A program made the translations under genes and the position numbers. Shown here in pieces: positions 1 through 5,040 of a DNA stretch of 5,040 bases. The notes beneath the pieces were generated by a model. That model was not told where the DNA came from and ran no database searches. It was given only the letters and a program-made list of their open reading frames with translations. Numbering within the stretch: position 1 is the stretch's first letter; each line of letters starts with the position of its first letter. The stretch spans positions 1 to 5,040 of the forward strand of contig NW_021830146.1 of NCBI RefSeq assembly GCF_006345805.1, given 5' to 3'. Source of the stretch: Octopus sinensis (lineage: Eukaryota).

Positions 1-122
1 ATAGACCGATAGAATAAGTACTGGCTTACAAAAGATAAGTCCCGGGGTCGAGTTGCTCGATTAAAGTTGGTGCTCCAGCTGACCGCAGTCAAATGACTGA
101 AACCTAAAAGAGTAAAAGAGTA
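1..122 (+). mobile_element. 3' half of a SINE (runs off the window start), ending in a stem-loop and a short tandem-repeat tail
   Basis: Seen: GTGCTCCAGC-TGACC motif (70-84) recurs at 3002-3012, 3957-3969 and (- strand) 4395-4407; hairpin CAGTC-AAAT-GACTG (86-99); tail TAAAAGAG x2 (105-120). Recall, not searched: matches the 3' part of an abundant octopus tRNA-derived SINE. Confidence 0.75.
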
Positions 123-206
123 ATATATTTTACACATAATCTCAAATGCAGATAGATACGTATGGCACAATAAATACGTAGATACATATATAAATGTATA
201 TATATA

Positions 207-239
207 CGAGGGGCATTCAATAGTAATGCCCCTGACCCA
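207..239 (+). repeat. Mariner terminal inverted repeat (3' end of the element)
   Basis: CGAGGGGCATTCAATA-GTAATGCCCCTGACCCA versus reverse complement of 1437-1470 CGAGGGACGTTCAGTAAGTAATGCCCCTGACCCA: 3 substitutions and 1 indel. Confidence 0.95.
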
Positions 240-273
240 CTTCCCATAGCAGCAGAGCACGACACTTGCCACG

Positions 274-1304
274 TTATGGTCTCTTTTACATAGAACCACC
301 CAGAGTTACGCATCTCCCATCGTTGATGCAGCTCTGAGACCGTTTTTGTAGAAGACCCCAGCTTGGTCCTCCAGCCACGACGTGACTTCAGAAATCAAGG
401 CTGCATCATCTGGGAAACGCTTTCCTTTCAAAAACAACTTCATGGCTAGGAAGAGGTGAAAATCCGAGGGTGCAAGGTCAGGAGAGTAGGGGGGATGGGG
501 GATGAGTTCATCGCCATACGACTGTGCTTCTGATCTGGCGACAAGCGAGTTGTGGACCGGAGCGTTGTCCTGCAGGAGGAGGATGCCTTTGCTGATCTTG
601 CCCCGCCTCTTGATTTTGATAGCTTCTCTTAATTTCCTCAAAGGTGAAGCATGATAGGCTCCTGTAATTGTGGTACCGTTTGCCAGGAAATCTGTCATCA
701 CTACTCCGTCCTGGTCCCAGTGAACTGTGAGCATGACCTTGCCAGCGGAGGGCTGCACCCTTGCTTCTTTGGAGAGGTGGAGTCACGGTGTTTCCACTGC
801 ATTGACTGGGCTTTGGTCTCTGGATCATGGTGATGGACCCAGGTTTCATCCTGTGTAATCAGTCTTTTGAAAAATTTTGACTCATCTTCATGGCACATCT
901 CCTCGAGCACTCGACGCGTTCTTGCTTCTGGAAAGGTGTGAGCAATATGGGAATCCATCTGGCAGACACCTTTTGCAAATGGTCATGAATGATAGTTTCC
1001 ACAGACCCGGTACTAATCTTGACCTCATGGGCTATTTGGCGAATAGTTATGCGTCGATCTTCCAAAATGGCAGCCTCAACTTGACGGACAGATGCCTCAT
1101 CAATGGCAGAAGGAGGGTGACCAGATCTGGGGCTGTTTCCACAGAGTTCCGACCATGTTTGAATTCCCGATGCCAGCGTTTTATCAGGTCATATGATGGG
1201 GCATCATTACCATAAGTTACTTTCATTTCATCAAAAATCTCCCGTGGTGTGCGTCCTTTCAAATACAAAACCCGGATCACTGCTCGACACTCAACAGGCT
1301 CCAT
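274..1304 (-). pseudogene. Mariner transposase, frameshifted (~345 aa when rejoined)
   Basis: ORFs 1047..1304, 859..1065, 701..958 and 306..758 join into one protein: HTH region MEPVECRAVIR..., linker SARWIP (WVPHEL-type motif), ITQDETW (D1), LQDNAPVH (D2), HPPYSPDLAPSDFHLF (D3) with exactly 34 residues between D2 and D3; reconstructed C-terminus YKNGL..RW..CVTLGGSYV. Frameshifts near 1130, 900, 764 and several in 290-337. The 3' end coordinate is approximate. Confidence 0.95.
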
Positions 1305-1436
1305 TTCACACTTGACTCAGTTCAAACACCTGTAAATCAGAAACCACAATTAGTTTAGAGCAATTAGTTTGCCACGTAATCTATAGAGATATAAATAATT
1401 GCACATGCAAAATTCAGCAAGATCAAACACTACAAA

Positions 1437-1470
1437 TGGGTCAGGGGCATTACTTACTGAACGTCCCTCG
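1437..1470 (-). repeat. Mariner terminal inverted repeat (5' end of the element)
   Basis: TGGGTCAGGGGCATTACTTACTGAACGTCCCTCG followed by TA; inverted partner of 207-239. Confidence 0.95.
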
Positions 1471-1495
1471 TATATAATATAGATATATTATATAA

Positions 1496-1549
<54 letters not shown>

Positions 1550-1560
1550 CATATACTATA
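1471..1560. repeat. (TA)n microsatellite, imperfect; continues on the other side of the mariner at ~181-206
   Basis: Directly visible TA run; both mariner ends abut TA-rich sequence. Confidence 0.95.
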
Positions 1561-1710
1561 GGCTTCTTTCAGCTTCCGTATTCCAACCCCTCTGACAAGT
1601 CTTTGGTCAGCCTGAGGCTACAGCAGAAGTCACATGCACAAGTTGCCACGCAGTGGGACCGAACGTGGAACACTGGGGTTCGTTAGCAAGCTAATTATCA
1701 CACAGCCACT
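1561..1710 (-). mobile_element. 5' half of a tRNA-derived SINE (Pol III head plus body), ending in the (TA)n tract
   Basis: Seen on - strand: A-box-like TGGCTGTGTGA (1708-1698), B-box-like GTTCGGTCCC (1664-1655) at tRNA-like spacing, then GCAACTTGTGCATGTGACTT resembling a diverged CORE-type start. Recall: octopus SINE head ending ...CTGAAAGAAGCC followed by an internal microsatellite. Confidence 0.75.
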
Positions 1711-1722
1711 ATATATATATAT

Positions 1723-2966
1723 ACAATCTTACAATACTGTGACTGGTTGCTGAAACAGCTGCTCAACCACTCAAATGTAGAAGTGTTATATCGCGATTTT
1801 GCAAAGGCCGTTGATAATGTTTTATCATGGAATGATATGTCACAATGTGCGTCATCTTGGCATGGTTGGAAAATTAGTAGAATGGCTTCATGAATTTCTG
1901 AAGGATAGAAATCAGGTAGCAGTAGCCAATGGGGCCACCTCAAATGACTCGCAAATAGTGAGCACTATTTCGCAAAGCACTATTTTCGGACAACTACTGT
2001 TCATAATTGCCCTCTCAGACATGCCCTCAGCCACACAGAGAGCCACGATCACAAATTATGCAGATGATGCAAAAGTTTCACATGTAATACAGAACCCTAA
2101 AGACGCTATGCACCTACAATGTGCGCTGGATGAAATATAGCAAATGGGCCGAAAACAATAGCATACTGTTTAATGCTGAAAATTTAAAGCTTTGTTCTAT
2201 CAGCATGCAAATCTAAATGCAGTACCCAGTAAATACACTGGACCTGGAGGGATTGCAATCCAGAGGCACAATCAGGTGAGTCCTGGGCATTTACATGAGT
2301 AATGATGCAACCTTTCATGTGCATGTTGCTAAATTGGCAATGGAATGTAGGCGGCTGACCGGATGCATTCTTAGAACGTTTAGAACAAGAGACCAGGAAA
2401 CCATGATGGTCTTCTAGAGGACACTTGTCCTAAGCCACCTTGACAATTGCTGTCAGCTATGGTCACCAACCAGTGTCAAATTAATCGCAGAACGTGAGAC
2501 AATACAACGAAGCTACGCGAAGAAGATAGCCTCTATGCAGTATATAAGCTATTGGAAAAGACTCAAGAGATTAAGACTCTATTCTGTAGAGCGTAGGCGA
2601 GAAAGATATGGCCTAATATACATCTGGAAGATCCTGGAAGGACTTGTCAAAAACTTTGTCATCCAGAGATACACAAGTACCATAACTGGGCGTCACTGCA
2701 TAGTGTCAATGACTCCAAATTTGCCATCAAGATGTAGAAAAAAATACTGCGGTAGCCTAGGCTTTGGAGTTTCACAGCTCTTCAATATCCTCCCGAAGGA
2801 CCTGAGACACCTGCATGGGGTGGATGCAGGTGCGTTCAAAATAATGCTGGACCTCTTCCTGTCAGGTGTCCCAGATGAACCAACTTCGCAGCAGGAGGTG
2901 CAGATGAGGGCAGCTGCATGAAACTCTCTCATGCACCAAATGTCAATTGCTAAAAAGCCTTCGTGA
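1723..2966 (+). pseudogene. LINE ORF2 reverse transcriptase, C-terminal part, degenerate
   Basis: Read across frames: VEVLYRDFAKAVDNV/YHG (YxDFxKAFDxVxH), ISQSTIFGQLLF (VPQGxxLGPLLF), YADD at 2057-2068, WAENNSILFN, LGIYMS..TFHVHV, ILRTFRTR, LDNCCQLWSP, IQR, SYWKRLKRLRLYSVERRRERY, LFNILP, LDLFLSGVPDEP..RAAA*NSL. Frameshifts near 1822, 2140, 2181 and 2260-2283; premature stops near 2414 and at 2919-2921; probable original stop TGA 2964-2966. Confidence 0.92.
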
Positions 2967-3056
2967 AGTAGAATTATGTATTAACACCAAATGTCAGAAC
3001 CCCAGCATGACCACATCTCCTGAGCTGAAACTAGATGAAAAAAAAAAATAAAAAAA
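1723..3056 (+). mobile_element. 5'-truncated non-LTR retrotransposon (CR1/L2-group LINE) with short 3' UTR and A-rich tail
   Basis: RT and C-terminal domain homology across 1723-2966, ~70 nt 3' UTR, A-rich tail 3038-3056. Clade assignment is from motif recognition only. Confidence 0.88.
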
Positions 3057-3122
3057 CACATATAATCATATACAAAACAATTCTAAATTGCGTATAGCCA
3101 AATCTGTCCGGCCGTCGGAGTT

Positions 3123-3400
3123 CATAATCATGTTCATCATTTCCTTGAATGTCATCATCAACAGAGTAAATAACATCATCCTCATTTTCATCATCATCTA
3201 ACATCCATGTTCCTTTCTGGCTTGGACTGGACAGCATCCAAGGACTGCACTCCGCTCAAATGTCTGCTTTGGTCTCCTATTTCTGGTTAGATGCCCTTCC
3301 AAATATCAACCAAATTACAACATGGATCAGTGCTTTTTATCATACTACCCATTATTGAGGTTGCCATGCAGGTCGCAGAACTACAAATCCCGTTGGAGGG
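3123..3400 (-). mobile_element. Probable old SINE/retroposon fragment with degenerate (GAT)n tail
   Basis: Seen: decayed (CAT)n at 3123-3198 and, on the - strand, TGGTTGATATTTGGAAGGGCATC (3312-3290). Recall: similar to the GGTTGGCGTTAGGAAGGGCATCC motif of SINEs ending ...GGACGTTAAACGATGATG. Boundaries uncertain. Confidence 0.5.
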
Positions 3401-3403
3401 GTG

Positions 3404-3456
3404 TAAATAAATATATATATATAAATAAATTAATATATATATATATGTATATATAC
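3404..3456. repeat. (TA)n/(TAAA)n low-complexity tract
   Basis: Directly visible. Confidence 0.9.
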
Positions 3457-3458
3457 AT

Positions 3459-3745
3459 GGAGGCGATAAGGCCTAGTGGTTCGGGCAGCGAACACGCGGT
3501 CGTAGTATAGCGGTTTCGATTCCCAGACCGAGCGTTGTGAGTGTATATTGAGCGAAAACACCTATATCTCCAATAGGCTCCCTAGGGCTGTGGTGTACCC
3601 TGCTGTACTCTTTCGCCACAGCTTTCTCCCACTCTTTCGTCTGTTGGCCTGCTTGCTTACCCATCGGGGTGGCGTCATTTGAAGGCTAAAACAAATTGTG
3701 ACCAGAGTTTGCAGTAACATCTGATAGCCTGGTCGGTCACGTGAT

Positions 3746-3752
<7 letters not shown>
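3459..3752 (+). mobile_element. Apparently full-length (~294 bp) tRNA-derived SINE of a second family, flanked by (TA)n on both sides
   Basis: Seen: GC-rich island between two TA tracts; A-box-like AGGCCTAGTGG (3469-3479), D-arm-like GCCT/GGGC (3471-3474/3483-3486), B-box-like GGTTTCGATTCCC (3512-3524); no 3' acceptor strand; ends in (TCACGTGA)2. Confidence 0.8.
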
Positions 3753-3782
<30 letters not shown>

Positions 3783-3818
3783 ATATATATATTATATATA
3801 TATATACACATATTTATA
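3753..3818. repeat. (TA)n microsatellite
   Basis: Directly visible. Confidence 0.95.
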
Positions 3819-3997
3819 CCTTCACCACCTGACACCCGCTGTTTGTTTACATCCATGTAACGTAGCTGTTATATGAAGAGAGACCAAACACATACGCAGC
3901 AATCTGAAGAAAGAGAAGCACTACTCGCTATGTGGTCGACTAAACACTTCTATGCAGTGCTCCAGCATGACAGCCTTCCAATGTTTAAGAAATAGAA
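3819..3997 (+). mobile_element. Highly diverged 3' half of the same SINE family as 1-122
   Basis: Collinear with 1-122: AGACCAAACACATACG ~ AGACCGATAGAATAAG; TCGACTAAA ~ TCGATTAAA; GTGCTCCAGCATGAC ~ GTGCTCCAGC-TGAC; A-rich end. Confidence 0.65.
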
Positions 3998-4165
3998 ACG
4001 ATCGGCCGTAAAAAATAGTTTATAATTAACGCATTTAAAAAGAATTATAAAATAGTGTTAAGGGAGGTAATTCACAATTATAGGTCATATAATAGAGAGT
4101 AGTCTCCCTTGACATGAAATATGCCTGTTAATATTACGTGTATATTTATGCGGGTGTGCTTTTAT

Positions 4166-4280
4166 TGTGTGTGCCTGTGCCCGTTCGTGTATGGGTTTGT
4201 GTGTGTGTGTGTGGTGGTGGTGGGGGGGTAGGTGTGTGTGGGTGGGGGTGTTTGTGAGAGAGGGAGAGGGAGAGAGAGAG
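4166..4280. repeat. Compound (GT)n/(GGT)n/G-run/(GA)n microsatellite
   Basis: Directly visible. Confidence 0.9.
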
Positions 4281-4369
4281 TAAAGCATGGGAGGTTGGAG
4301 TTATGCAGTAATAAGCTCTATAGAACATCCTTAAATCAAAGGTTTTAGCAGTTTGCTCTTTACCTTGGA

Positions 4370-4573
4370 TTTCTTTTATCCATTGGAAAGTGGCCATGCT
4401 GGAGCACTGCCTTAAAGTGTTTCTAACGGATTAACTGGACATGTTTATTTATTAATTTCTAATTTTTCCTTTTTCTTTCGTCCTGGATCGCTCAACGTTG
4501 CTTTATAGAGACATAAATAAAGCAACACCGTGTCAGGCTGCAATCGTAGGATGAGAACACACATTAACGTGAA

Positions 4574-4574
<1 letters not shown>
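4370..4574 (-). mobile_element. Highly diverged 3' half of the same SINE family, opposite orientation
   Basis: Reverse complement of 4381-4422 matches 3942-3983 at 35/42 positions without gaps; 4510-4540 loosely resembles the reverse complement of 3825-3856; abuts (CA)n. Confidence 0.6.
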
Positions 4575-4638
<64 letters not shown>

Positions 4639-4647
4639 CACACACAC
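4575..4647. repeat. (CA)~36 microsatellite with one CG interruption at 4631-4632
   Basis: Directly visible. Confidence 0.98.
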
Positions 4648-4704
4648 CCAGAGACTTCACAAGCTCTGAAATAAATGGAACGTTAGGTTTTAAATTTATT
4701 CTCC

Positions 4705-5040
4705 ATGTTTACTCTCAACGTTGAGTCTTTCAATGTTTGCATTCTGTCATCGAATTGGAAATAAGGCCTTTTCCTCAATGACCTCGTGTCGCTTAATTTG
4801 GATGTGCTAGTACTTAGAGACGCCCGGCTGAGTGGACAGACAAGCATTTCTAAATTGCTACGAGAAATTTATTTCTCCTGGTCACCCAGAATGTGAGGAG
4901 GGGCTGTCTAAGTTCTGCTCAAGAAAAACTAGATTTAGAGACAAGAGTAATCTTTATTGATCCGGGGGTGGGAGTAGCCTGGTCGTATTTGATGTAATCC
5001 TCATCATTGATAAGTCTTTCAGGCTGGTGGCTGTTTATGA
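4705..5040 (+). pseudogene. Degenerate apurinic-type endonuclease (EEP) N-terminus of an L1/Tx1-like LINE ORF2, running off the window
   Basis: Manual translation from ATG 4705: MFTLNVESFNVCILSSNWK*GLFLNDLVSLNLDVLVLRDARL...GGAV*VLLKK / LDLETRVIFIDPG / SLVVFDVILIIDKSFRLVAVY. Order and spacing match S.NVRGL, D(I/V)..LQET, GVAIL, D..GR and FRLVNVYAP motifs. Contains stops and frameshifts. Confidence 0.65.

Larger units (their letters stand above)
207..1470 (-). mobile_element. Full-length mariner (Tc1/mariner, DD34D) DNA transposon, irritans/Himar1-like, 1264 bp
   Basis: Seen: TIRs at 207-239 and 1437-1470, TA immediately outside both ends (205-206, 1471-1472), transposase remnants inside. Established: ~1.3 kb, ~30-bp TIRs and TA TSD are the mariner norm; CGAGGG-starting TIRs occur in irritans-subfamily elements such as Hsmar2. 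Confidence 0.96.

Noticed and set aside
104-313. 69-aa ORF on the - strand
   Set aside because: Runs from the transposase tail through the TIR into AT-rich low-complexity DNA.
508-1215. ORFs 508..849 (-), 651..833 (+), 877..1215 (+)
   Set aside because: Alternative-frame or antisense shadows of the transposase with no recognisable motifs.
306-1304. Domesticated SETMAR-like host gene or several separate small genes
   Set aside because: No SET domain; TIRs and TA TSD are present; the four ORFs are consecutive pieces of one frameshifted transposase.
1799-2140. Retron, group II intron, DGR or other prokaryotic RT system suggested by YADD
   Set aside because: Surrounding motifs, C-terminal domain, A-rich tail and SINE/microsatellite context are those of a eukaryotic non-LTR element.
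1698-2932. Antisense ORFs 1698..1943 and 2693..2932
   Set aside because: Shadows of the LINE RT on the opposite strand.
3459-3530. Functional tRNA gene
   Set aside because: A/B boxes and a D-arm are present, but there is no 3' acceptor strand, the anticodon and T stems are poor, and ~220 nt of SINE body follows. The same applies to 1640-1710 (-).
3031-3664. ORFs 3031..3237 (Asp-rich), 3322..3510, 3473..3664
   Set aside because: Produced by (GAT)n, poly-A/T, (TA)n and SINE sequence.
70-4410. CRISPR-like recurrence of the CCAGCATG motif
   Set aside because: Four dispersed copies in both orientations at irregular spacing of hundreds to thousands of bases; explained by retroposon 3' ends.
3942-4422. 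MITE with 42-bp TIRs
   Set aside because: The arms are SINE 3' motifs also found at 70-84, homology extends outward as SINE body, and no TSD is evident.
4085-4724. His/Thr-rich and Cys/Val-rich ORFs resembling metal-binding peptides
   Set aside because: Translations of (CA)n/(GT)n microsatellites.

Overview
Eukaryotic, AT-rich, non-genic DNA made almost entirely of stacked transposable-element relics and microsatellites. No host protein-coding gene, functional tRNA/rRNA, CRISPR array or prokaryotic system is supported. From left to right: the 3' half of a SINE (1-122, +); a full-length 1264-bp mariner (D,D34D, irritans/Himar1-like) with ~34-bp TIRs, TA target duplication and a frameshifted transposase on the - strand (207-1470), inserted into a (TA)n tract; the tRNA-derived 5' half of a SINE (1561-1710, -); a 5'-truncated CR1/L2-group LINE with degenerate RT, short 3' UTR and A-rich tail (1723-3056, +); further SINE copies and fragments (3123-4574); and a degenerate L1/Tx1-type endonuclease N-terminus missed by the ORF track (4705-5040, +). 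The SINEs resemble octopus families as I recall them (unverified). The most interesting signal is a 3' motif shared by the LINE and the SINEs, with an apparently covarying stem-loop, which points to a SINE-LINE partnership visible within this one window.
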